Part shown: piece after piece, positions 9,433 to 18,588 of the stretch
Numbering within the stretch: position 1 is the first letter of the stretch
How the letters are laid out: every line of letters starts with the position of its first letter
Assembly: GCA_963666565.1 (NCBI GenBank)
Contig: OY762911.1
Span: forward strand, 3,744,001-3,808,000
Reading direction: 5' to 3'
Length of the DNA: 64,000 bases
Source of the DNA: Thermoanaerobaculia bacterium
GTDB lineage: Bacteria > Acidobacteriota > Thermoanaerobaculia > Multivoradales > Multivoraceae
The notes under the pieces: generated by a model
The model's database searches: none
Told to the model about the DNA's origin: nothing
The model's input: the letters and a program-made list of their open reading frames with translations, nothing else
Program-made: the position numbers and the translations under genes

Positions 9433-10359
9433 CTACTCGACCAGCTTCATCCGCGGCAGCGGGTTCCGCCGGTACTCGCCGTACATCAGCTCTTCCACGA
9501 ACTCGACGCAGCGGAAGTCCATCAGCCGGGCGTTCGGCTCCATCCGGCGGTAGAGCGGCATCTCGATCGTCCACGGCTCGGTGTACGTCTGCGGGTCCGT
9601 GAGCGTCGCCTCGTAGTGGATGTGGTTCGGGCCGCTCAGCGTGTACCGCTCGACCACCGTCAACTGGTTGCTGTAGTGGTTGCCGGAGCGGTCGAGCCAG
9701 CCGCCGCAGCCGGGCATGTCTTCCTCGCGCTCGGCGCAGTCCTTGGCCAGCAGACCGTTGACCTCGACGACCAGGGTGTCGCCGTCCCAGCGGCCGTACG
9801 ACATGCCCATCCAACTGTCGATCTGGGCCGGCTTCGGATCCTCCAGGTAGATGTCGCGGACGGCGCCGGCGTACTGATAGGCGATGAAGATCGCGTTCTC
9901 GCTGTGGAGGATCTGGAACGGCTGCGGCATGTAGGTCGCCCGCGGGACGCCCGGCAGGTAGCAGAAGACTTCCTGGTCGCGGGTGGACCAGTTGGCGAGA
10001 TTCTCCATCTTCAGCGCCTGGGCCGCCTCCGTGTACGGGATCTTCCCGCCGCCCTTGATCACGCCCATGCCCGGCGGCACCGAGCCCACCGCGCCGAAGT
10101 TGAGCACCTCGGCCGCGGGAAGCGGGCCGTGGGGACCCTGTCGCAACTGCATGGCGGCCCGCGCCATGTGCAGCTCGAGGTCGTAGTTCGCCTCGTTCAG
10201 GGCCTGCCAGATGCCGTTCAGGTCCGGGTGGCCGTCCGAGAGCCGCTTCGGCTCGAAGTCCTGGGCCGCGAGCGGCGCCGCCGCCACGACGAGAACCGCG
10301 ACCGCAGCCACGGCGATTCGAGAAGACACGCTAGTTCCGGATTTCATGACGTTGGCCAT
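9433..10359 (-). CDS. Exported hypothetical protein, divergent relative of the ACHEGNY family
   Basis: GAGGAG precedes ATG 10359; signal peptide; GHPDLNGIW, CYLPGVPR, GRWDGDTLVV and C-terminal DFRCVEF. Confidence 0.8.
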   Translation of the reverse strand: MANVMKSGTSVSSRIAVAAVAVLVVAAAPLAAQDFEPKRLSDGHPDLNGIWQALNEANYDLELHMARAAMQLRQGPHGPLPAAEVLNFGAVGSVPPGMGVIKGGGKIPYTEAAQALKMENLANWSTRDQEVFCYLPGVPRATYMPQPFQILHSENAIFIAYQYAGAVRDIYLEDPKPAQIDSWMGMSYGRWDGDTLVVEVNGLLAKDCAEREEDMPGCGGWLDRSGNHYSNQLTVVERYTLSGPNHIHYEATLTDPQTYTEPWTIEMPLYRRMEPNARLMDFRCVEFVEELMYGEYRRNPLPRMKLVE

Positions 10360-10464
10360 ACTCCTCTTCGGCAGACGCCGGGTTGTCTGAGCGGATGGGC
10401 GAACCCTGTCACCTTCGGCGAACGGGGTCAACCCCGGCCCGTGGCCGCCGGCTGCGCGGGCGTC

Positions 10465-10487
10465 GGCGCGCGGGTCTTCCGACCCGC
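10465..10487. repeat. REP-like palindrome copy
   Basis: GGCGCGCGGGTCTTCCGACCCGC; intergenic. Confidence 0.8.
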
Positions 10488-10507
10488 CGCCGATTCGACC
10501 GGCACCC

Positions 10508-11530
10508 CTAACCCCCTTGCTTCGCGCGGTGCCGCTGCTCCAGGTAGCGCGCGCCGCGCAGCGTGTTGCCCATCGAGTAGTTCCCCTCGTGGCAGGCGAA
10601 CTCGTAGAGCCGGGCGTCGGTGCGCGGCCACGGCAGCGAGCCGCTGTAGGGCGCGGTGAACTCCGGGTCGTCGACCGAGTACTCGTAGAACAGGTTGTCC
10701 CCGTCGAGGAAGCTCAGCCGCTCGACGACATGGGCGCCCTTCCGGTGAAAGCCCCAGTCGCCAAGCAGGTTCGCCGTCTCGACGACCAGGGTGTCGCCGT
10801 CCCAGCGGCCGACCGAGTCGCCCGCGTAGGAGCGATAGTCCTCGGGCAGGCGCTCCCCGTCGAGACGGACGATCCGCGCCCAGTGCATCCACTCGATCAG
10901 GATGACGACGTGCGTGTCGGTCTGGACGATCGTCTTCAGGTTGTTGTACGCCCTGGGGCCGATGGGCATCGTCGACCCCTGGTGGAAGACGCAGCGGTTG
11001 CCCAGCGTGAGCGACTCCGGCCCGTCGTACGGGTCGTCCCCGTTCTCCAGCCACCAGGCCGTGCCGGTGTTCTCGTAGCCGAACGGCGGCAGCGTGTCGA
11101 AGCGCGCCTGGCCCGCCTCGGTTCGGGGCGGGAGACGGCCGTTCGGCGGATCCGTGATCACGGACGTCCGGTACTTGCCGTCGACCTTGAAGGCAGCCGT
11201 GCCCCGGTCGAGCCAGAAGGCATTGTAGGCGCCGACGCCCCGATATCCCTCCTCCGAGCGGCCCGCGATCACGCCCCGATCGGAGTCGCGGAGCTCCTGA
11301 TCGCGGGCGTTGGCCGCGGCCATTCCGTCGGCGATCCCCTGCGCCTCCTCTTCGGTGAAGTACCGTCGGTCGCCGAACCGGGGGTCGCGCTCCAGCGGCG
11401 TGAGGAACGAGACGTCGTAGTTCCCCGAGAAGTCCGGCCTGCCGCTCGGCGTGCGCGGAATGTCGTCCGCCGCGAGGCACGGCACGAGGAGCAGGCTCGC
11501 GGCTGCACACAGGGAGAGGGCTCGGGTCAT
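10508..11530 (-). CDS. Exported hypothetical protein, ACHEGNY family paralog 2
   Basis: AGGAGG before ATG 11530; PRTPSGRPDFSG, TPLERDP, YNAFW, NRC and YEFACHEGNY. Confidence 0.85.
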   Translation of the reverse strand: MTRALSLCAAASLLLVPCLAADDIPRTPSGRPDFSGNYDVSFLTPLERDPRFGDRRYFTEEEAQGIADGMAAANARDQELRDSDRGVIAGRSEEGYRGVGAYNAFWLDRGTAAFKVDGKYRTSVITDPPNGRLPPRTEAGQARFDTLPPFGYENTGTAWWLENGDDPYDGPESLTLGNRCVFHQGSTMPIGPRAYNNLKTIVQTDTHVVILIEWMHWARIVRLDGERLPEDYRSYAGDSVGRWDGDTLVVETANLLGDWGFHRKGAHVVERLSFLDGDNLFYEYSVDDPEFTAPYSGSLPWPRTDARLYEFACHEGNYSMGNTLRGARYLEQRHRAKQGG

Positions 11531-11656
11531 CGTTCTCGACCTCCTGGTATGCGCTGTTCGAGAGTGCCGCGAGCCTAGCAGCCCGCGCAGCGCCCGCTGC
11601 GCTGGCGCCCAGGGAACTGGCAGTTCCATGCAAACCGGCACTCTCGGCCCTTCCCG

Positions 11657-13432
11657 TCAGCGGGAAGCGGGCAACGCGAACACGAACAGCGTGTTGTTCG
11701 AGCTCGGCTGGAGCTCCGACGTCAGTCTCCGGTAGGTCGAGGTCGACCCGCCCTCGGCGCCGGTGCCGACCGCCACGTACTGGCGGCCGTCCACCGCGTA
11801 GCTGACCGGGAAGCCGGTCACCGAGGAACCGAGGTTGATCTCCCAGAGCACCTCGCCGGTCTCCTGGTCCAGCGCCCAGAAGCGGCCGCCGACGTCGCCG
11901 CCGAAGACGAGGCCGCCGCCGGTCGCGACAAGCGACATCGTCACCGGCAGCCGCTCGTGGAGCCACAGGGTCTCGCCGGTCTCGGCGGAGATCGCGTAGA
12001 CGGTTCCGAGCGTTTCCTTCCCCGGTGCGAACTGCGTTTCGTTGACCAGCGCGTAGTGCATCGCGCCGCGGCCCACGCGCGTCGTCATCCGGGAGCACAG
12101 GTTGCGAAGCGGGTAGTACATCGCGTTCGTCAGCGGGCTGTAGGCGCCGGCCTCCCAGTCCTTGCCGCCGAGAAGCGACGGGCAGATCAGGCGCTCCTGC
12201 TCCAGCTCGGTGAAGACGACCTCCGCGTTCTCGACCACGGCGCCCGTTTCGCCGTCGATCCGTTCGATCACGTTCTGCGGCACTGTCGGGCGCGCCCAGA
12301 GGAACTCGCCCGTCTCGCGGTCGAGGGTGTAGACGAGGCCGGTCTTGCCGGGCACGCCCGTCACGACCTTCCGCGTCTCGCCCGCCTCGATCGCAGGGTT
12401 CAGCCACGGGACGGCCTCCGCGTCAGGCGCCACCGCCGTGTCGACCAGCAGCCGCTCGAAGGGGTGGTCAAGGTCCCAGTGGTCGTTCAGGTGCTGGTAG
12501 TACCAGCGCACTTCGCCGCTCTCGACCTCCAGTGCCAGCGTGCTGTTGTGGTAGAGGTGCCGCTTCTCGTGGCCGCCGAGCAGGAACTTCGGCGCCGGCG
12601 ACGTGACCGAGGTGCCGACCACGAGCAGTTCCAGTTCCGGGTCGTAGCTCGGCGCCATCCAGGACCCGACGTGGTGCCGGTCCTCGAACGGCAGGTCGCC
12701 CCAGGTCTCGTTACCCGGCTCGCCCGGCCCCGGAATCAGCGGCCGGCGCCAGAGTTCCTCGCCGGTGGCCGCGTCGTGGGCGGCGACGAAGCAAGCCTCC
12801 GGCCCCCGGTGCGGCCGGCAGCTTCGCCCTGAGACGACGCGTCCGGCCGCGACGATCGGCCCGGTCGAATGCCTCGCCGGGTCCTCCTCGTAGTCGACGA
12901 TCCGCGTCTCCCAGACCAGCTCGCCGGTGACGGCGTCCAGCGCGTAGACGTAACCGTCGTTCGCCGTGTCGATGATCAGACCGCCGTGGATCGCCAGACT
13001 GCGGTTGACCGTCTCCAGCCCGCCGACGTAGGTCGCGATGTCGTCCGGGATCGGCCGCCGGTACTCCCAGAGAAGGTCGCCGGTCGCCGCGTCGATGGCC
13101 TGGGTGACGCTGCTCGGGTTCGGGTAGTACATGACGCCGTCGTACACGAGCGGCGTCCCCTGCTGGCTTCCCTCCTCCAGTCCGCGCGACCACGCCAGGG
13201 TCAGTTCGCCGACGTTTTCCCGGTCGATCCGATCGAGCGGGCTGTACGCCCAGCCGTTCTGGGTGCGGCGCCAGTGCAGCCAGTCGCCGGGCGCCGGATC
13301 CTCGAGCATCGCGTCCGTCACGGGGACGAAGGAGCCATCGGACTGTGCACCAAGCGGCAAGGCCAGGGCCGCCAGGAGCGCGGCCACGACGACGATCCGC
13401 GCCGCCAACCGAAGGAGAAGCTCTCGACTCAT
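11657..13432 (-). CDS. Periplasmic PQQ-binding beta-propeller dehydrogenase (alcohol dehydrogenase-like, atypical active site)
   Basis: Signal peptide from ATG 13432; YSPLDRIDRENV, TPLVYDGVMY, repeated ALDAxTGE..W propeller motifs, WDLD and PVSYAVDGRQYVAV. Confidence 0.85.
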   Translation of the reverse strand: MSRELLLRLAARIVVVAALLAALALPLGAQSDGSFVPVTDAMLEDPAPGDWLHWRRTQNGWAYSPLDRIDRENVGELTLAWSRGLEEGSQQGTPLVYDGVMYYPNPSSVTQAIDAATGDLLWEYRRPIPDDIATYVGGLETVNRSLAIHGGLIIDTANDGYVYALDAVTGELVWETRIVDYEEDPARHSTGPIVAAGRVVSGRSCRPHRGPEACFVAAHDAATGEELWRRPLIPGPGEPGNETWGDLPFEDRHHVGSWMAPSYDPELELLVVGTSVTSPAPKFLLGGHEKRHLYHNSTLALEVESGEVRWYYQHLNDHWDLDHPFERLLVDTAVAPDAEAVPWLNPAIEAGETRKVVTGVPGKTGLVYTLDRETGEFLWARPTVPQNVIERIDGETGAVVENAEVVFTELEQERLICPSLLGGKDWEAGAYSPLTNAMYYPLRNLCSRMTTRVGRGAMHYALVNETQFAPGKETLGTVYAISAETGETLWLHERLPVTMSLVATGGGLVFGGDVGGRFWALDQETGEVLWEINLGSSVTGFPVSYAVDGRQYVAVGTGAEGGSTSTYRRLTSELQPSSNNTLFVFALPASR

Positions 13433-13621
13433 GTTCGGACTCCCGGATTCCGTGCTCGCCGCTCCGCGGCGCGATGCCGGCCCCGAGGCCGGCGCACTCG
13501 TTGCATCAGTTCCTGCTTCCTGCGAAGCGAGCGGTTCCCGCGAAGTGAGCGGCGAGCGTAGCGCAGCGGAAGCTGCTCGCACGGCCCGACCGCGCCCGGC
13601 GAACGGCGCTATCCTCGCGCG

Positions 13622-14869
13622 ATGCGCGCGACGGACAACGGCCGGATCGTGATCACGGGGCTCGGCGCGGTGACCCCCGTCGGCAACGACGTCGAGACGT
13701 TCTGGCGCCGGATGAAGGCCGGCGACTCGGGGGCAGGACCGATCACCGCCTTCGACACGGAAGGGTTCAAGGTGAAGGTCGCCTGCGAAGTTCGCGACTT
13801 CGACGCGAGGGAGTGGCTGGAGGGCAAGGCGGCGCGCCGGCTCGCCCGCGCCACCCACTTCGCGGTCGCTTCGGCAAAGCAGGCGGTGGCCGACGCGGAC
13901 CTTGGCATCGAGCCCGCCGCGGCCCATCGTTACGGCATCACCTTCAACACCGGCGGCGGCGGCCTGGCGAGCATGGAGAACGGAACGCGGAGACTCGTCG
14001 CCCGGGGACCCCGGCAGGCGAACCCGTTCCTCGTCACCGACGTGATGCCGAACGCCGTGTCCTGCCTGATCTCGATCGAACTCGGCATCACGGGACCGAC
14101 CACGACCTCGACCCTGGCCTGCGCGAGCGGCAACTACGCCCTGCTCGAGGCGTACCGGCTGTTGCGCTCCGGCGAGGTCGACGCGGTCGTCGCCGGCGGC
14201 GCCGAGGCCGCCATCACCCCGTTGATCATCGCCACGTTCTCGCGCCTGCAGGCCCTGTCGACCCGCAACGACGATCCGAAGGCCGCCAGCCGTCCGTTCG
14301 ACAGCGACCGCGACGGCTTCGTGTTCGGCGAGGGCGGCGTGGCGTTCGTCGTCGAGACCGAGCGCCACGCCGAGCAACGAGGCGCGAGGATCTACGCCGA
14401 AGTGCGCGGAGGCGCCGTCACCGCCGACGCGCACCACCTGACGGCGCCGAAGCCCGACGGCTCGGGAGCGGCGGCCGCGATGAGCCGGGCGCTCGAGTCG
14501 AGCGGCACCGATCCCGGCGAGGTCGACGCCGTCTTCGCGCACGGCACGGCAACCCCGCTCGGCGACGTCGCGGAGACCCTGGCGATCAAGTCGGCGCTCG
14601 GCGAGCGCGCCCGCGACGTAGCCGTCACCGCCACCAAATCGCAGGTCGGTCACATGCTCGGCGCGGCCGGAGCGGTGTCGGCCCTGGCGGCGGTCAAGAC
14701 GATCGAGGAGGGGACGATCCCGCCGACGATCAACCTCGACCGACCCGACCCGGAGTGCGACCTGGACTACGTCCCGAACCGTGCCCGCGCCCACCCCACC
14801 GGCGTGGCGCTCGTCAACGCCTTCGGCTTCGGCGGCCAGAACGTCGTTCTCGTCCTCGGCGGAGGCTGA
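13622..14869 (+). CDS. fabF: Beta-ketoacyl-ACP synthase II
   Basis: IVITGLGAVTPVG, catalytic Cys in LACASG, His in AHGTAT and KSQVGHMLGAAG, and NAFGFGGQN. Confidence 0.88.
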   Translation: MRATDNGRIVITGLGAVTPVGNDVETFWRRMKAGDSGAGPITAFDTEGFKVKVACEVRDFDAREWLEGKAARRLARATHFAVASAKQAVADADLGIEPAAAHRYGITFNTGGGGLASMENGTRRLVARGPRQANPFLVTDVMPNAVSCLISIELGITGPTTTSTLACASGNYALLEAYRLLRSGEVDAVVAGGAEAAITPLIIATFSRLQALSTRNDDPKAASRPFDSDRDGFVFGEGGVAFVVETERHAEQRGARIYAEVRGGAVTADAHHLTAPKPDGSGAAAAMSRALESSGTDPGEVDAVFAHGTATPLGDVAETLAIKSALGERARDVAVTATKSQVGHMLGAAGAVSALAAVKTIEEGTIPPTINLDRPDPECDLDYVPNRARAHPTGVALVNAFGFGGQNVVLVLGGG

Positions 14870-14880
14870 GGTTCCGCCCT

Positions 14881-15015
14881 GCCGGGTGCGCGGGTCTTCC
14901 GACCCGCCCACGGGCGGCGCCGCGAAGCGGCGCGGACCGTGCAACAGGGCCTTCGGCCGGTGCGTGTTCCTGGCCACCTTGGGCGGCAGCGGGTCGGAAG
15001 ACCCGCGCACCCGGC
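14881..15015. repeat. Inverted REP doublet (REPIN/BIME-like) with perfect 27-bp arms
   Basis: GCCGGGTGCGCGGGTCTTCCGACCCGC at 14881-14907 and its exact reverse complement at 14989-15015, between convergent genes. Confidence 0.9.
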
Positions 15016-15027
15016 GCGCTGGCCGGC

Positions 15028-15699
15028 CTAAGGCCGGCTCAGCGACCGCTCCGCGACCGCCGCCAGCACCCGCCGCAAGGTCCGCGGCGCCGCAAAGTCC
15101 ACGATCCAGGCCGGGAGTCTCCCGCCAGGGTCGGTCAGCAACCGGTAGACGACGACGGTCCGTTCGGCGTCAAGCGGAACCAGCGTCCAGGAGCCCCTGC
15201 TCTCCCTGACGTTGCCGGAGCCTTCGACGTAGGTCCAGCGGGCCCGCCAGCCCGCACCGGCCTCCGTCTCGACGGCCCCGGACTCGACGCGGACCGTGTA
15301 GCGCCGATCTTCCACCGGGAACGGCATGTCCAGGATCTGCCGGTTCAGGTAGACGCGCGGCGAGACCGGCTCTACGTCGGACTCGAGGACGCGCGGCATG
15401 AACTCGTCGAAGTGCGCAGCCTCGTCGATGACCCTGCGCACCGCACTCAGAGGCGCCTCGATCACTCCGAGACCGCAGCCCTCCCTGATACGTCCGCCGG
15501 CGGCACGTCTCGACACGCGCCACTTCCCAACCGCCGGCAAGTCCCACGCCAAAGGCCTGCCGATGAGGTGGTCCTCAGACACCGACCCGAAGTCGGATTC
15601 ACATGGGTCCATCGCCTGCGCCGGAGCGACGGCAAACGCCAGACAGACCACAACCGCGCCCGCCGCTCGTTCGATGGCGTCGGCCGCCGACGCGCTCAA
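15028..15699 (-). CDS. SRPBCC/START-like lipid-binding domain protein with signal peptide
   Basis: TTG start overlaps the symporter stop (TTGA); EFMPRV, PFPVEDRRY, GSWTL and DPGGRLPAWIV are START-like motifs. Confidence 0.7.
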   Translation of the reverse strand: MSASAADAIERAAGAVVVCLAFAVAPAQAMDPCESDFGSVSEDHLIGRPLAWDLPAVGKWRVSRRAAGGRIREGCGLGVIEAPLSAVRRVIDEAAHFDEFMPRVLESDVEPVSPRVYLNRQILDMPFPVEDRRYTVRVESGAVETEAGAGWRARWTYVEGSGNVRESRGSWTLVPLDAERTVVVYRLLTDPGGRLPAWIVDFAAPRTLRRVLAAVAERSLSRP

Positions 15700-17054
15700 G
15701 ACCCCCTTCGCTCCGCCCGCAGCCGGTTGAAGTAGTCCGTCGCCGCAGCCTTCACCTTCGGCGCCAGGAGCAGCGTCGCGATCAGGTTCGGCACCGCCAT
15801 CATGGCCAGGGCGGTGTCGATCATGTTGATCACCATGCTGGCGCTCCACCAGGCGCCGACGAAGATGCCGGCGAGGTAGAACCAGGTGTAGAGCCCGTCG
15901 CGCTCGGCGCCGAACAGGTAGGCGAAGCAGCGCTTGCCGTAGTACGAGTAGCTGACCATCGTCGAGATTGCGAACATCATCACGATCAGCACCAGCAGGG
16001 CGCGGCCCGGCGCGCCCAGGGCGCTCTCGACCGCGTCGGCGGTCAGCGACACGCCCGTGATCTCGCCGACAGTCTCCAGGCCGCTCGAGAGGATGACGAA
16101 GGCGGTGAGCGAGCAGACGACGATCGTGTCGATGAAGGGGCCGAGCATCGCCACCAGGCCCTCGCGCACCGGTTCGTTCGTCTTCGCCGCGCCGTGGGCG
16201 AGCGGCGCGGTACCGAGACCCGCCTCGTTGGAGAACGCCGCCCGGCGGACGCCGATCATCATCGCCTGCTGGAAGCCGATGCCCATCGCGCCGCCTGCCG
16301 CGGCGGTGCCGGTGAAGGCCTCGCGGAAGATGCGGCCGAACACCTCGACGGCCACGTCCGAGCGCACGAAGAGGACGCAGAGCGCCATGCCCAGGTACAG
16401 GACGCACATGACCGGCACGAACCGGCCCGTCACCGCGCCGATCCGTTCGACGCCGCCGAACGCCACCAGCGCGACCAGGGCCACGCAGCCCACTCCGGTC
16501 AGCATCGGATCGAGTCCGAACTGGGCGTTCAGGAGTTCCGCCACCTGGTTGCTCTGGAACATCGGCAGGCAACCGAACAGGCCGAAGGTGCAGAACATGA
16601 TCGCCAGCGGCCGGAACTTCTTGCCGAGGCCGAGTTCGATCGTGTACATCGTGCCGCCGAGGAGCGCGCCCCGTTCGTCCCGGCCACGGTAGATCTGGGA
16701 CAGCGTGCAGGAGAAGAACTTGGTGCCCATGCCGACGACGGCCGCCACCCACATCCAGAACACCGCGCCCGCGCCGCCCTGGGTGACCGCGATGGCGACG
16801 CCGCCGATGTTGCCGACCCCGATCGTGGCCGCCAGAGCCGTCGACAGGGCCTGGAAGTGGCTGATGTGCCCCGGATCGTCGGGCGAGTCGTACTTGCCCA
16901 GGGTCACCGCGGTGGCGTGCCCCATGTGGAGCAGCGGCCGCAGGCGGACGTAGAGACAGAAGAAGGCGCCCGAGCCGATCAGCAGCACGACCAGGGGCAT
17001 GCCCCAGGCGTAGCCGACGGCGACTTCCAGGAACCGGTCGAGCGAGTTCAGCAT
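15696..17054 (-). CDS. Alanine/glycine:cation symporter (AGCS family)
   Basis: ISHFQAL...GVGNIGGVA, GAVFWMW, FSNEAGLG and PFIDTIVVCSLT; multiple TM helices. Confidence 0.93.
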   Translation of the reverse strand: MLNSLDRFLEVAVGYAWGMPLVVLLIGSGAFFCLYVRLRPLLHMGHATAVTLGKYDSPDDPGHISHFQALSTALAATIGVGNIGGVAIAVTQGGAGAVFWMWVAAVVGMGTKFFSCTLSQIYRGRDERGALLGGTMYTIELGLGKKFRPLAIMFCTFGLFGCLPMFQSNQVAELLNAQFGLDPMLTGVGCVALVALVAFGGVERIGAVTGRFVPVMCVLYLGMALCVLFVRSDVAVEVFGRIFREAFTGTAAAGGAMGIGFQQAMMIGVRRAAFSNEAGLGTAPLAHGAAKTNEPVREGLVAMLGPFIDTIVVCSLTAFVILSSGLETVGEITGVSLTADAVESALGAPGRALLVLIVMMFAISTMVSYSYYGKRCFAYLFGAERDGLYTWFYLAGIFVGAWWSASMVINMIDTALAMMAVPNLIATLLLAPKVKAAATDYFNRLRAERRGS

Positions 17055-17064
17055 GCTGGCGAGG

Positions 17065-18588
17065 TCACTCGGGCACCACGTCCAGGGTCACCGGATCCCG
17101 CTCCGGCAGGATCGTCACGCCGCCGCCGATCTTCTCCGCGATCTCCGCCATCGTGGCGCGGCCGTCGGCGTCGCCCGGCTCGATCGCCTCCCAGTCGCCG
17201 ACGATCAGCATGACCAGCCGGTCGGGCCGGAGATGCCGCTCGGCCACGCGCTCGACGTCGGCCGGCGTCACCGCCTCGACGTTCGCGCGGTAGGTCCGCC
17301 AGTAGTCGTGGGGTCGGCCCAGGAACTCGTCCTGCGCGAAGATGGAAGCGATGGCCTCGGCCGACTCGAAGTTGCCCGGGAAGGTCTCGATCGCGGACGC
17401 CTTGACCGTCTGGAGTTCGTCCTCGGGAACGAGTTCCGTCCGCATCCGGTCGACCTCCTCCAGCGCGATCTTCGCCGCGAAGGCGACCGTCTCGCTCTTC
17501 GACTCGAAGGTGATGGCCAGACTGCCGGGCCAGTAGCTGCCGATGCCGAAGTCGGAGTAGGCGCCGTAGGCCAGCCCCTCGTCCGAGCGGATCCGCTTCA
17601 TCAGCCGGGTGGTGAAGCCGCCGTCGCCGAGCACCCCGTCCATCATCTCGAGCGCGAAGTGGTCGGGAGTGCCCCAGTCCTCGCGCTGGAACGTGCGGTG
17701 GCCGATCTGCACGCGCCCCTGCGGAATGTCCTGCTGCGCCACGTAGACGCCGGGCGCGGGCTCGTACGCGGCCGCCCGCGGCGGCCACGGCGCCCGGTCG
17801 CGGCCCTCTTCCTCGAAGCGCCCGAGCAGCGCCGACAACTTCCCCGCGAGTTCGTCGCTGTCGAAGTCGCCCGCAGCGGCGACGACCATGTGGCCGGGAT
17901 GGACGTAGCGGCGATGGAACGCCGCCAGATCGTCGCGCCCGATCGCGTCCATCGAAGCCGCGGTGACGAACCGCGACTCGACGTGGTCCGGCCCGTAGAG
18001 CAGCCACTGGCCCTCCCGGTCCGCGACGTCGGCCGGATCGTCGTTGCGCTGCTTGAGCCACTCCAGCTCGTTCTCCTTCGCCAGGTCGAGCCGCTCGCCG
18101 TCGAAGCGGGGCTCCGTGAGCATGGAGAAGAAGAGGTCGAGGCACTCGTCGAGCACCGTCGACAGGCAGTTCATCGACATCCTGGCGCTCGTGCCGCCGA
18201 TGAACGCCGAGAAGTTCCCGGCGACCGCCTCCACCGCCTCGTCGAAGGCCTTGGCCTCCAGTTCGCCGGCGCCGCCCGTCCGCATCAGTTCGCCGGTCAG
18301 GGAGGCCAGCCCGGTCTGCTCGACGGGCTCCAGCCAGGAGCCGACGCGAAACCGCACCGTGACATCGACCAGCGGCAGCGAACGGTCCGGCACCAGGTAG
18401 GCGGGAACGCCCCCGGTCAGCTCGCGGCGGAAACCGTCCGCGTCCGGCAGCTCGAAGTCGAGCGGTCCGTACGTCAGTTCGCTCGGGTGCGCGACGATCT
18501 CGGCGCGGCCCTGGGCGCCGGCCCACGACGCCGAGCCGAGGCAGAGAGCGACGAGAACCAGAACCCTCGCAACGGCGCGTCCGTTCAC
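17065..18588 (-). CDS. M16 (pitrilysin-like) peptidase, non-catalytic partner subunit, exported
   Basis: No HxxEH motif; has GGFTTRL...IRSDEGLAY; signal peptide; start overlaps the stop of the upstream M16 gene. Confidence 0.85.
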   Translation of the reverse strand: MNGRAVARVLVLVALCLGSASWAGAQGRAEIVAHPSELTYGPLDFELPDADGFRRELTGGVPAYLVPDRSLPLVDVTVRFRVGSWLEPVEQTGLASLTGELMRTGGAGELEAKAFDEAVEAVAGNFSAFIGGTSARMSMNCLSTVLDECLDLFFSMLTEPRFDGERLDLAKENELEWLKQRNDDPADVADREGQWLLYGPDHVESRFVTAASMDAIGRDDLAAFHRRYVHPGHMVVAAAGDFDSDELAGKLSALLGRFEEEGRDRAPWPPRAAAYEPAPGVYVAQQDIPQGRVQIGHRTFQREDWGTPDHFALEMMDGVLGDGGFTTRLMKRIRSDEGLAYGAYSDFGIGSYWPGSLAITFESKSETVAFAAKIALEEVDRMRTELVPEDELQTVKASAIETFPGNFESAEAIASIFAQDEFLGRPHDYWRTYRANVEAVTPADVERVAERHLRPDRLVMLIVGDWEAIEPGDADGRATMAEIAEKIGGGVTILPERDPVTLDVVPE

